NCBI GenBank assembly: GCA_964542785.1
Contig: CAZIUK010000001.1
Span: 332,701 to 396,700, forward strand
DNA length: 64,000 nucleotides
Direction of reading: 5' to 3'
DNA from: an uncultured Planctomycetales bacterium
GTDB taxonomy: Bacteria; Omnitrophota; Gorgyraeia; Gygaellales; Profunditerraquicolaceae
Shown here one piece after another: positions 19,322-30,931 of this stretch. Under the pieces are notes generated by a model, which worked only from the letters and a program-made list of their open reading frames with translations, did no database searches and was not told where the DNA came from. Every line of letters starts with the position of its first letter. Positions within the stretch are counted from its first letter, which is position 1. A program made the translations under genes and the position numbers.

Positions 19322-19873
19322 ATGCATCTTAATCATAAAAAATCAAGCAGGATTGTAAACAGGATCACTGAGATAAATACCACTGGTGGTTTGCCGAAAA
19401 CAGGTCAGATGATGTCTTGGTATCCGTTTGATGACGGTTATTATCAAATCGGTCACCCTATTAACTGGGGTCAAAGATTCGTTGATAACGGAAACGGAAC
19501 CGTGACCGATATGGCTACTGGGTTGATTTGGGTTAAAGATCCAGCGGCCGCTGGTTTTGGATCTCCAATGCAATGGTATAACGCCCTTGATGCGTGCGAG
19601 AATTTGAACTATGCGGGTTACAGCGATTGGCGATTGCCGAATGTTTTTGAAATAGCATCAATTAATGATTATGGAAGATACGATCCTGCCTTAGATACTT
19701 CCTATTTTGCTCCGTGTCCAGATCAATGGGGCGTTTGGTGGTCATCGACTATTTGCGCTCCATGGAGTGACGGGGCTTGGGCTGTGTATGCCTATGACGG
19801 TTATTTAACTACGTACGGAATAATCTGGGGTGATCAGTGTTATGTTCGCCCTGTCCGTGGCGGTCAATCATAA
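19322..19873 (+). CDS. DUF1566 (Lcl C-terminal-like) domain protein; possible tail fibre tip or adhesin module
   Basis: It contains the motifs TGLIWVKD...DWRLPN..E...YWSST, which are characteristic of DUF1566. Confidence 0.5.
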   Translation: MHLNHKKSSRIVNRITEINTTGGLPKTGQMMSWYPFDDGYYQIGHPINWGQRFVDNGNGTVTDMATGLIWVKDPAAAGFGSPMQWYNALDACENLNYAGYSDWRLPNVFEIASINDYGRYDPALDTSYFAPCPDQWGVWWSSTICAPWSDGAWAVYAYDGYLTTYGIIWGDQCYVRPVRGGQS

Positions 19874-19885
19874 AGGAGGCGTGAG

Positions 19886-20092
19886 ATGGCAAATCAAATA
19901 GTAAAGAAATATAAGAATGGAAAAAAGATCGTAACTTTCCCTGATGGCAAAATAAAGGAAGTCACAAAAGATGAAGTCAGCAATTTTAAGCAACATTTGC
20001 TTAACCAGAAAGCGAATATTGAAAGGCAATTGATTTATGTTGATGAGGAGCTTGTCGAGATGGAAAAAAGCAAAAAGGTTATCGTGGAGTAG
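19886..20092 (+). CDS. Hypothetical small phage protein
   Basis: 68 aa. An AAGGAGG RBS precedes the start. Confidence 0.35.
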   Translation: MANQIVKKYKNGKKIVTFPDGKIKEVTKDEVSNFKQHLLNQKANIERQLIYVDEELVEMEKSKKVIVE

Positions 20093-20095
20093 TCC

Positions 20096-20365
20096 ATGAT
20101 TGAACCGAGCAAAATTGCTGATGCCGTCAAAGAAGTGTTTGGGTTTCTTCGGGAATGGAATAACGCTGATCAAAAGCAGAAGCGTTATGCGCTTAAACGG
20201 ATTAAGCGTATCAAGCAGGCAACGGATGTGGCAGAGGATATCTTTGTTGTCGTGGAGGATATGCTCAAGATAGCGCATGAGCAGGGGCTGGCGGATCAGA
20301 AGAATTTCATTCGGCTCGAAGGCAGGTACAAAAGGTTAGTTCAAAAGTTTAACGATTTAGATTAA
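20096..20365 (+). CDS. Hypothetical small phage protein
   Basis: 89 aa. Confidence 0.35.
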   Translation: MIEPSKIADAVKEVFGFLREWNNADQKQKRYALKRIKRIKQATDVAEDIFVVVEDMLKIAHEQGLADQKNFIRLEGRYKRLVQKFNDLD

Positions 20366-20379
20366 GGGAGGGAAAGAAA

Positions 20380-20625
20380 ATGGAAATTATTATGGATTAT
20401 CTCACGGGGAATATTCCTCAAATCATTACAGCGGTTGTCGGCATTGGGGCGGTCTGGCTGGTGCTTTCAAAGGCACTCAATGTGCTCAAAGAAATCAGCG
20501 AATTGCTCAACGCCATCGTCGTAGCTTTTGCCGATAAAAAGCTCACAAAAGATGAGGTGGATACTATCGTCAAAGAGGCGAAAGACGTGCCTTTGGCGGT
20601 CAAAGCGTTGATCAAGAAAGCCTGA
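20380..20625 (+). CDS. Small membrane protein, holin-like (single N-terminal transmembrane segment with a charged C-terminus)
   Basis: 81 aa with RBS AGGGAGGGA. The predicted transmembrane segment is IITAVVGIGAVWLVL. Confidence 0.35.
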   Translation: MEIIMDYLTGNIPQIITAVVGIGAVWLVLSKALNVLKEISELLNAIVVAFADKKLTKDEVDTIVKEAKDVPLAVKALIKKA

Positions 20626-20686
20626 ACAAACGCCTTGCCAACTATGAAACCCTATGGCCTACTTACCCTCAAAAGGAGGGTTGAAT

Positions 20687-20953
20687 ATGGTTCGTGAAAA
20701 CATGACAGCGAAAAAAGAGCGGTATATCAGCGTCAGAAATGACGGTGAGGAAATGTATGTCGAGAATATTTCGACGACAGGACGGATGCGGGATCATCTT
20801 CCGGCCGTTAAATTGCGCCTTCGTGAAATTCAGCGGGTGATGCCGTTGGGCAAATGGTCGATCACGATTGAGCAACAATGGAAAGAAAAGGGCGCGACAC
20901 ATTTTCAGATGATGGATGTCGTGACCGGTAAATTACAAGAATCGGTATTATGA
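20687..20953 (+). CDS. Hypothetical protein (start taken at the internal ATG with RBS AAAGGAGGG)
   Basis: 88 aa. The track ORF 20654 starts earlier and has no RBS. Confidence 0.35.
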   Translation: MVRENMTAKKERYISVRNDGEEMYVENISTTGRMRDHLPAVKLRLREIQRVMPLGKWSITIEQQWKEKGATHFQMMDVVTGKLQESVL

Positions 20954-21399
20954 AGGGAGAGGTCATGAATGTAAGGGATTTCATAGAAAAGGCGATGAGT
21001 TTAAATGATCATGATTGTGAGCGGGAAGTATGGCATCTTGCCGGACCCGCAAATCGAAAGTTCAGGCAGGAAGTCATGAGCGAGCTTTCAGGGGAGAAGG
21101 TGCCTTTGTCAAAATGCGGGGTTAATGCGATCAGCGAGAAGATCAAGGCTGTAAAGATGGCGAACATCGCACCCAATGATCAGGGCGAGCCGGAAGTCAA
21201 ATTATCCCGCCATTCGTTGATGATGATTGCCAAGGAGCGCGGGATTAAGAATTTTCGTGTTTTAAACAAGGAAGAGCTGATGCATGTCACGGCTGATGGG
21301 ATCGCTCAGCAGGAAATTGACGCGCTTGTGGCTGGTGCGGTTGCCAGATGGAAGTCCGGCTGGGGAAAGGGAAAGGCAAAAAATGAAAGTCAAAGCTGA
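20950..21399 (+). CDS. Hypothetical protein
   Basis: 149 aa. An ATGA overlap joins it to the upstream gene. Confidence 0.35.
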   Translation: MKGEVMNVRDFIEKAMSLNDHDCEREVWHLAGPANRKFRQEVMSELSGEKVPLSKCGVNAISEKIKAVKMANIAPNDQGEPEVKLSRHSLMMIAKERGIKNFRVLNKEELMHVTADGIAQQEIDALVAGAVARWKSGWGKGKAKNESQS

Positions 21400-21694
21400 A
21401 ATTGAATTGAAGGTTGAAATGGGTGGGGTATCCCATGACGGCACCGGCTGTCAGGGATACCTGCCGGAAGGCACACGTTATGAAGATATTGTCCGGGTTT
21501 TCGGCGCGTCTCAGTTAGGCAATTCACTGGACAATAAGATCAAGGCGGAATGGGTTGGCAGGATTAACGGCCTTGTCTTTACGATTTATGACTACAAATC
21601 AAATCTGGATCCGGAGCGCAACACCGATTGGCATATCGGGGGTAAGCACAAGTTTGTCGCGGAGCTGGTGAATCTATATTTTGTTTCCCTCTAA
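21383..21694 (+). CDS. Hypothetical protein
   Basis: 103 aa from MKVKAE. It is the last gene before an AT-rich intergenic region. Confidence 0.3.
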   Translation: MKVKAEIELKVEMGGVSHDGTGCQGYLPEGTRYEDIVRVFGASQLGNSLDNKIKAEWVGRINGLVFTIYDYKSNLDPERNTDWHIGGKHKFVAELVNLYFVSL

Positions 21695-21849
21695 TATATT
21701 AATATTATAAGAGACCTCTGTTGGTTTATTTCTGACGGAGGTTTTTGTGTTTTATGCGCGTTTTATTCGTGGCACGAAAATCATTTTACTGGAACGAGTT
21801 ATGTGATACAATGTGAAACAATGTTTAATCACTTTTTGGAGGAAATCCT

Positions 21850-22023
21850 ATGTCTCTCAAGAAATATTTGACCGTACGTCAAGTTGTTGAGGAGTTGGGA
21901 TTGACTGAATATAGAATTCGTCAATTGATTCGCGAGAAACAAATCCGCGCAACTAAGATAGGGCAGTGGCGAATTAAGCCGGAAGATTTGGAAGATTTTA
22001 TCAATCGACGAACAAATCGATAA
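21850..22023 (+). CDS. Excisionase/AlpA-type helix-turn-helix DNA-binding protein
   Basis: 57 aa (MSLKKYLTVRQVVEELGLTEYRIRQLIREKQIRATKIG..). The motif LTxxQVAELLGVSxxTIYRWxxxG is characteristic of excisionase-family HTH proteins. The gene lies 18 nt upstream of hsdM. Confidence 0.6.
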   Translation: MSLKKYLTVRQVVEELGLTEYRIRQLIREKQIRATKIGQWRIKPEDLEDFINRRTNR

Positions 22024-22040
22024 ATTTATAAGGAATCATT

Positions 22041-23622
22041 ATGGTGAATAATCATTCAAAGTTATCAAAGGAACAAGAGCGCGCCGAACTGCACCGAGCC
22101 ATTTGGCAAATTGCCAATGACTTGCGTGGCAGTGTCGACGGTTGGGATTTTAAGCAATATGTTTTGGGGATGCTTTTTTATCGGTTCATTAGCGAGAACT
22201 TGACGAACTATATCAATGCCGATGAGCGTCGCACCGGCAACAAAGATTTTGATTATACAACGCTTTCCGACAAAGAAGCTGAGTTCGGGCGTGCTGATAC
22301 GGTTAAAGAAAAAGGGTTTTATATTTTACCGAGTGAACTTTTTGTAAACGTGACCAAAAAGGCACGTAACAATCCTAACCTTAACGAAACTCTTGCCGGT
22401 ATCTTTCGTGACATTGAAAATTCGGCAAAAGGTACCGACAGCGAAGATGACCTCAAAGGGTTATTTGATGACTTGGATGTAAACTCAACGAAGCTGGGCA
22501 ATACTGTTGAGAAAAGAAATCAGAGACTTGTAAAACTTTTAGAAGCCATAGGCGGACTTCGTTTAGGAGATTATTCTGGCAACACAATAGATGCGTTTGG
22601 TGATGCGTATGAGTTTTTGATGACCATGTATGCCTCAAATGCCGGTAAGTCTGGAGGAGAATTTTTCACGCCTCAGGAAGTCAGCGAGCTTTTGGCTGAG
22701 ATCGCAACCGTTGGAAAGAAGGAAGTCAACAAAGTATATGATCCCGCTTGTGGATCAGGTTCACTGCTTCTTAAGTTTGCGAAGGTTCTTGGTAAAGGAA
22801 AAGTCAGACAAGGATTCTTTGGGCAAGAGATCAATCTTACGACATACAACCTTTGCCGTATCAATATGTTTTTGCATGATATCAATTATGAGAAATTTGA
22901 CATTGCTCACGGTGATACCCTGACCGATCCAAAGCACTGGGATGATGAGCCGTTTGACGCTATTGTTTCTAATCCACCCTACTCTATTAAATGGGAAGGT
23001 GACGCCAATCCTATTTTGATAAATGACCCCCGTTTTTCACCTGCGGGTGTGTTGGCACCCAAAAGTAAAGCAGATCTTGCATTTACTATGCACATGCTTT
23101 CCTGGCTGTCTACAAGCGGGACAGCGGCTATTGTTGAGTTCCCCGGTGTTCTCTATCGTGGTGGCGCAGAAAAGAAAATCCGCAAATATTTAATTGATAA
23201 CAACTATGTTGATACGGTAATTCAGCTTCCGCCTGACCTCTTTTTCGGGACGACAATTGCCACCTGCATTATTGTTATCAAGAAAAGCAAGAAAGATAAT
23301 AAAACACTTTTCATCGATGCCTCGGCTGAGTTTGTTCGTGGTGGTAATAAAAATAAATTGACGGAAACAAATCGATCCAAAATTTTAGAATCCTTTACAG
23401 ACAGAAAAAATAAAGCGCATTTTGCGAAGCTTGTCGACAATAAGACGATTGCCGAAAATGAATACAATATTTCGGTATCGAGTTATGTCGTTGCTGAAGA
23501 TAAGCGTGAAGTAATTGATATTCAGGTGCTCAATAAAGAAATTACTCAGATTGTAAAGCGTCAGCAAGAATTGCGTTCTGCGATTGATGAGATCGTGAAT
23601 GATATTGAAGGTGCGAAACAGC

Positions 23623-23630
<8 letters not shown>
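22041..23630 (+). CDS. hsdM: Type I restriction-modification system, N6-adenine DNA methyltransferase subunit M
   Basis: 529 aa. It carries the NPPY motif (SNPPYSIKW) and a SAM-binding fold, with an N-terminal HsdM-type domain. Confidence 0.85.
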
Positions 23631-24823
<1,193 letters not shown>

Positions 24824-24834
<11 letters not shown>

Positions 24835-27800
24835 TCATAAATATGATCTAGTCGCCCAAAATCCGCATAGCACGGTTGTGGCAGAATATACCCCTGAGTA
24901 TGGGGCAAGAAAAAAGCGTGCTGAGCAGTATCAAAGTGAGGCGGAACTTGAGCAGGCGTTTATCGAACAGCTTGAATTGCAGGCTTATGAGCGTTTGTCT
25001 ATTTCCTCAGAGGAGGGGTTAAAACAAAATTTACGCAAGCAATTGGAAAAACTCAATGACTATGCGTTTAGCGATTCAGAATGGGAGCAATTCTTCGTAG
25101 GAGAATTGGCAAATCCTAATCAGAGTATTGTTGAGAAAACAACGACGATTCAGGAAGATCATATTAAGAATCTCACCCGTGATGACGGCACAGTAAAGAA
25201 TATTTATTTACTGGATAAGCAAAGTATTCACAACAATAGTTTGCAGGTTATTAATCAATATGCCATTGACGATGGCAAGAGACCGAACCGCTATGATGTG
25301 ACGGTATTGGTGAATGGGTTGCCGTTGGTGCATATCGAACTTAAGCGTCGAGGGGTAGCGATTCAGGAAGCATTTAATCAGATTAATCGATATCAGAGGG
25401 AGAGCTTTTGGGCATCAAGCGGGCTATTTGAATATGTGCAATTGTTTGTTATTTCCAACGGAACGCATACCAAATATTACAGCAACACCACACGCTCGGA
25501 GCATCTTAAAGAAATCAGTGGAAACAAAGTAAGGAAAGGAAAACGCTCAAGCAATAGTTTTGAGTTTACGAGCTGGTGGGCAGATGCGACAAATAAGCCT
25601 ATTGCGGACTTGATGGATTTTGCCAAAACTTTTTTTGCCAAGCATACACTTCTTAATATTTTGACACGTTATTGTGTTTTTACCTCAGAGAAACAGCTTT
25701 TGGCTATGCGTCCTTACCAGATTGTAGCTACTGAGAAGATTTTAAACAGAATCACGGTAAGTACGAATTATAAAAAACTCGGCACAATCGATGCGGGTGG
25801 ATATATCTGGCATACCACAGGATCTGGAAAGACGTTGACGAGCTTTAAAGCCTCACAGCTTGCAAGCAAACTGCCGGGTATAGATAAGGTCTTATTCGTT
25901 GTTGATCGCAAAGATCTGGATTATCAAACAATGCGGGAGTATGACAAGTTTGAAAAAGGTGCGGCTAACGGCAACACCAGCACAGCGATATTAAAGCGAC
26001 AACTTGAAGATCCTAATGCACGCATCATTATCACCACTATCCAGAAATTAGACCGTTTCATAAAACGTAATGGTGAACATGAAATTTTCAAAGGGCATAC
26101 TGTGCTTATTTTTGACGAGTGCCATCGCTCCCAGTTTGGCGATATGCATGGTGGCATTACAAAAGCGTTTAAGAATTATCATTTGTTTGGTTTCACCGGA
26201 ACCCCTATTTTCGCTATCAATGCTTCAACAAGCGGTAGACCAGATTTAAAAACTACCCAGCAGGCTTTTGGCGACAAGCTCCACACTTATACCATTGTTG
26301 ACGCTATTGCAGACAAGAATGTTTTACCGTTCAAGGTAGATTTTATTTCCACAATGAAAGAAAGAGAAGATATTCCTGATAAGAAGGTAAGCGATATTGA
26401 CCGTGAGAAGGCTCTTGCTGATCCGATTCGTATCGCCAATAACGTTAAGTATATTCGTGAGCATTTTGACCAGAAAACGAAACGGAATAGTTTTTATAAA
26501 TTAAAAGACCGCAGATTAGCGGGTTTCAATTCTATCTTTGCCGTTTCGTCGATTGACGTGGCTAAAAAATATTATGCCGAATTTAAGAAGCAACTTGCGG
26601 ATTTGCCGAGTGATAAACAGCTTAAAGTGGCGACCATTTACAGCTTTGGTGTGAATGAAGAGGATGTTGATGGTTTAATTGATGATGAAAATCCTGAAGA
26701 CACAAGCGGATTGGACGCAAGCTCAAGAGACTTTCTGGACAATGCGATTAGAGACTACAACGCAATGTTCGGCACATCGTACGACACCTCGTCTGATAAG
26801 TTTCAGAATTATTACAAAGACCTTAGTGAGCGAGTGAAGAATCGAGAGGTTGATATTCTAATCGTCGTTAATATGTTTTTGACTGGATTTGACGCAACAA
26901 CCCTCAATACGCTTTGGGTTGATAAGAATTTGCGATTGCACGGATTGCTTCAAGCGTATTCACGCACTAATCGTATTTTGAATACTATTAAGACGTTCGG
27001 GAATATTGTTTGTTTCCGGAATTTAGAAAAAGCGACCAATGAATCCATTGCTCTTTTTGGCGACAAGGAAGCCAGCGGGATTGTGCTCTTAAAATCGTAT
27101 GATGAATATTACAACGGCTACAAAGACGGCAACAAGGAAGTGCGTGGATATAAAAGTCTGATTGAAGAGCTGTTAGATCGATTTCCTGTTGGTGAGCGGA
27201 TCTTGGGCGAGCAAAATCAGAAAGGTTTTATCAGGCTTTACGGTGCCATTTTGCGTGTGCGGAATATATTGGTCACTTTTGATGAGTTTACCGGGAACGA
27301 AATCTTAACGGAACGTGATGTGCAGGATTATCACAGTGCATATATTGATCTGTACAAAGAATTGCGAAAAACCGGTGATGATGAGAAAGAAAATATCAAT
27401 GATGATTTAGTTTTTGAGATGGAGTTGATCAAGCAAATTGAGATCAATATCGATTACATTCTAGCTCTTATTAGAAAGTATCATGCTGATCATACGAAAA
27501 ACCGTGAAATCTTGGTTGATATTAATAAGGCAATTGATTCAAGCGTTGAGTTGCGCAACAAGAAAGATCTTATTAATCAGTTTATTACGTCACTTGATGT
27601 TGGATCTTCTATTGATGATGAATGGCAGGAATATGTTAAACAGAAAAAGACGGAAGAACTTGAGGCGATCATTACTGATGAAAATCTTGATCGCGAAGCA
27701 ACGTATAAGTTTATGCGCAATGCGTTTCGGGATGGAAGCGTTGCATCGACCGGTACAGCTATTGCCAAGGTTCTGCCTCCGGTGTCACGTTTTTCTCAGA

Positions 27801-27892
27801 CCGGCGAGCGCACTAAAAAGCGAGAGAGTGTTATTGAAAAACTAACCAGATTCTTTGAGCGGTTTTTTGATATCTCGAATGATGAGGTATAG
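24824..27892 (+). CDS. hsdR: Type I R-M restriction subunit R (SF2 helicase/endonuclease)
   Basis: 1022 aa. It has Walker A (TTGSGKTLT) and DEAD-box (FDECHRSQ) motifs plus an N-terminal nuclease-like domain. Confidence 0.85.
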
Positions 27893-27957
27893 AAAAGTTT
27901 TTGTGAAAATGCACGTAGTTAGTAGAGCTTTGGATTATTTAAGAAAAGGAGTTTTAG

Positions 27958-29046
27958 ATGGCAAAAATTGTTTGCTTGGATGAAGAAGAGAAGAAGTCTA
28001 AACTTGTTAGCTTTCTTCAGAAAGCAATTCAATCTGCACATATAAATTTCTTGATCGGATCGGGATGCTCTTCACATGTTATCCCAACTCTTGGAAATAT
28101 TGAAGAGAAGATTCAGGGATTAATAGATGAAAATAAGCCAAATGATGCAGAGGTTGAAACTTTTAATTATTTGGGGACTTTTCTTGATAGTTACGAGAAG
28201 TTGAATGATTTGGCTGACGCGTCAAGCAAGAAGGTTGTTGATGAATATCTTTTGTTTCTTAGACTTATAACGGAATGTCTTTCAAATAGAGAAAACAATA
28301 TTTTACCTAAACAGGCCACAGTGTTTTCTACAAACTATGATCTTTTTGTTGAAAAGGCATTCGAGCAATTGGAGATGCAAGCAAGGCTTAGTGATGGATT
28401 CTCAAGAGTGCCTTTATTGACGGGACGTTTTTTGTTTTCTCCTGCTGAATTTTTTAACTCGGTATTGAACAATGGGAATATTTATAACTATCAAGTTCAA
28501 ATACCATCGATAAACCTAATTAAGCTTCATGGATCGCTTAGTTGGCAATCACAAGATAAAAATATTTTATTTTCTACGGAATGGCTAGATGAAGCTATTG
28601 CAGAACGCAAAAAAGCTTTGGATGGAAATAATCTTGAAAGCAAAACAAAATTAAATTCGAGATTTGCGGTAGTTCTTCCGAAAAAGGATAAGTTCAAGGA
28701 TTCGATTCTTAATCAGATTTACTATGATTTATTAAGAATTTATGCAAATCAATTGGATAGAGAGAACACTCTGCTAATTGTTATCGGATTTTCTTTCTCA
28801 GATGAGCATATTCTTGAAATTACGAAAAGAGCTTTAAGGAATCCAACTTTAAAGCTTGTAATATTTTGCCATGAGTCAAAAGGAGTGGATGTTTTTAAAG
28901 ATAAATTTTTAACTTTTAATAATGTGGATATTGTTCATTCCGAGAAATCCGATGTTTCATTTTCTAAAGCCTGTCTTTTTATTCAGGATGTTTTGCAAAT
29001 GAAAAACATGAGGTGCGAAAGGAGTTCAACTCAAGATGATGGATGA
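27958..29046 (+). CDS. SIR2-family (SIR2_2-like) NADase protein of a SIR2-HerA antiphage system
   Basis: It carries the motifs FLIGSGCSSHVIP and KLHGSLSW typical of SIR2_2. It is coupled to the HerA-like ATPase gene by an ATGATGGATGA overlap. Confidence 0.7.
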   Translation: MAKIVCLDEEEKKSKLVSFLQKAIQSAHINFLIGSGCSSHVIPTLGNIEEKIQGLIDENKPNDAEVETFNYLGTFLDSYEKLNDLADASSKKVVDEYLLFLRLITECLSNRENNILPKQATVFSTNYDLFVEKAFEQLEMQARLSDGFSRVPLLTGRFLFSPAEFFNSVLNNGNIYNYQVQIPSINLIKLHGSLSWQSQDKNILFSTEWLDEAIAERKKALDGNNLESKTKLNSRFAVVLPKKDKFKDSILNQIYYDLLRIYANQLDRENTLLIVIGFSFSDEHILEITKRALRNPTLKLVIFCHESKGVDVFKDKFLTFNNVDIVHSEKSDVSFSKACLFIQDVLQMKNMRCERSSTQDDG

Positions 29047-30919
29047 TTTGTTAAGAAAATCGATTCTTCGGGTTGGAGAAGTTTCTGGAATAGAGGGTCG
29101 AAAGATTTTTGTAAAAGTAGATAAGGACAAAAACTCTTCCGATCTTTTATTAGATGGCGATGTTATTAAGAATGTGGCTGTGGGTGCCTATATTGAAATA
29201 AGAAAAGGCTTTATTAGTATTATTGGGAAAATTGATGGAGAGAAGCTTAGGGAAGATGTGTCAGAGAAGTTCATTCGCGATTATAAACAATTAAACAAGA
29301 ACGACAGGTCATTAACTGTGAGCCTTGTTGGGTATATCGGAATGGATGGTCGTTTTGAAGGAGGGATTAAAGAATTACCCTTGATTGGGAATGAGGCGTT
29401 TATCTTGACTGAACGCAAGCTTCATAGTGTGCATAACTTGCTAAAGGAAGATCTGTCTTTGAAAGTTTGTATTGCGAAAACAGATGTTGAAGAAATTCCT
29501 GTAAGCTTACCAGTAGATGGAATTTTCAATAGCCATATTGCAATTTTTGGAAATACAGGTAGTGGAAAATCGAATACTTTAGCTTCATTATATCAGGGGT
29601 TGTTTGCTGAATGCTCAAAAAGAAGGGATTTTGTCGAGAAATCTCGGTTTTTATTTTTTGACTTTAATGGTGAGTATGTAAAGGAACATTGTTTAACTGA
29701 AAACAAAAAACCCTACAATTTAAGAACTCAAGACGGTGCAGGTGATAAAATTCCTCTTTCATTTGAGGATTTTTTTGATAGCGAAACTTTATCTATTTTA
29801 ACCGAGGCAACGGATAAAACCCAGAAGCCGTTCTTGAAAAGATCGCTGAGGTTTTTTAAGAATGCAAAGTCCAAAGATAATTTTGGTGCTTATTTTAAGG
29901 GCATTCTTCAGAATAAGATAAAAAGCATTTTAAGAATGGCCAATAAAGATGTCGCTTATAAATTGCTTGATTATATGCGGGAAATTTTATCGGGCTTTAT
30001 TGAAGAAGATAATGATCTGTTTGGGGATATTGAGTTCCATGGGCTAAATAAAACATTTAAAAGACTCGATGCGGAAATTTATTTTAATAGTAATCCGGAT
30101 GCTATTGAAAATACGAAATCATATATGGCGGTAGTTTCGATGGAAGAGGATGCAATAACATCAATTCCATGTTTAGGGCAGTTTTATATCTTTCTGCACT
30201 TGCAACTTATTGATGATCTTTTAACTTACAAAGTCCAAAATGACCATATCTATCCGCTTATCAATAGATTCAAGGCGAAGCAGACAAGCATTACGCGGAC
30301 TTTTGAAATCGTAGACAACCCTGATTTTTGGAAGAATTTTAATTGTGTTGTTATTAATTTACATGATGCAAACTTGGATATGAAGAAGACCCTTCCATTA
30401 TTGATCGCAAAGAGTTTGTATGATGAGCATAAGAAGGAACAGAATAAAAAATCTTTAAATATCATAATTGATGAGGCGCATAATATTCTTTCAAAAACAT
30501 CTTTTCGCGAGACGGAAGACTGGAAAGATTATCGTCTAGAGACCTTTGAAGAGATTATTAAGGAAGGTCGTAAGTTTGGTGTTTTTCTGACAATATCGAG
30601 TCAGAGACCAAATGATATTTCTGAAACCATTATTTCCCAGGCACACAACTATTTTATACATCAATTAATCAATGAGAGGGATTTGCGCACAATAGGAAAT
30701 GCTGTTTCTTATATTGATAAGATAACTGAAGAAGCAATTCCAACATTGCCAGTTGGAACATGCGTGTTTAGTGGCATTGCTACTCCGATGCCTTTGAAGA
30801 TAAAGATTGAAGAATTATCAGAGGCGAATAAGCCCGATAGTAAAACTTTGAAATTTAAGGATATCGTTGGAGATGTTGTTGAAGAAGACAATTTGGACGA
30901 TTGGATAAATCAATTATAG
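29036..30919 (+). CDS. HerA/FtsK-like ATPase partner of the SIR2-HerA system
   Basis: It has Walker A (FGNTGSGKSNT), Walker B (IIIDEAHNIL) and the C-terminal SSQRP motif. Confidence 0.75.
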   Translation: MMDDLLRKSILRVGEVSGIEGRKIFVKVDKDKNSSDLLLDGDVIKNVAVGAYIEIRKGFISIIGKIDGEKLREDVSEKFIRDYKQLNKNDRSLTVSLVGYIGMDGRFEGGIKELPLIGNEAFILTERKLHSVHNLLKEDLSLKVCIAKTDVEEIPVSLPVDGIFNSHIAIFGNTGSGKSNTLASLYQGLFAECSKRRDFVEKSRFLFFDFNGEYVKEHCLTENKKPYNLRTQDGAGDKIPLSFEDFFDSETLSILTEATDKTQKPFLKRSLRFFKNAKSKDNFGAYFKGILQNKIKSILRMANKDVAYKLLDYMREILSGFIEEDNDLFGDIEFHGLNKTFKRLDAEIYFNSNPDAIENTKSYMAVVSMEEDAITSIPCLGQFYIFLHLQLIDDLLTYKVQNDHIYPLINRFKAKQTSITRTFEIVDNPDFWKNFNCVVINLHDANLDMKKTLPLLIAKSLYDEHKKEQNKKSLNIIIDEAHNILSKTSFRETEDWKDYRLETFEEIIKEGRKFGVFLTISSQRPNDISETIISQAHNYFIHQLINERDLRTIGNAVSYIDKITEEAIPTLPVGTCVFSGIATPMPLKIKIEELSEANKPDSKTLKFKDIVGDVVEEDNLDDWINQL

Positions 30920-30931
30920 TTTGGGTAGGAA

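Larger units (their letters stand above)
1..21700 (+). mobile_element. Lambda-like siphovirus prophage, structural (head-tail) module and distal accessory genes; the element continues upstream of the window
   Basis: All genes are co-directional and tightly packed. The order portal-protease/scaffold-decoration-capsid-connectors-major tail-G/GT-tape measure-M-L-K-I/J matches lambda synteny. Many start and stop codons overlap (ATGA, TAATG). Confidence 0.8.

Noticed and set aside
21695-21760. AT-rich palindrome-like tract (taatatattaatatta) plus a weak hairpin and T-run after the last phage gene, as a possible att core or terminator
   Set aside because: The stem is only 5 bp with a long loop, and no matching direct repeat occurs near the 37.9-kb boundary.
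21765-21785. TGGCAC-N5-TCATT resembling a sigma-54 -24/-12 promoter upstream of the HTH/hsdM operon
   Set aside because: The -12 element lacks the conserved GC (TTGCA), so the match is partial only. A sigma-70-like ttactg...tacaat promoter nearby is equally weak.
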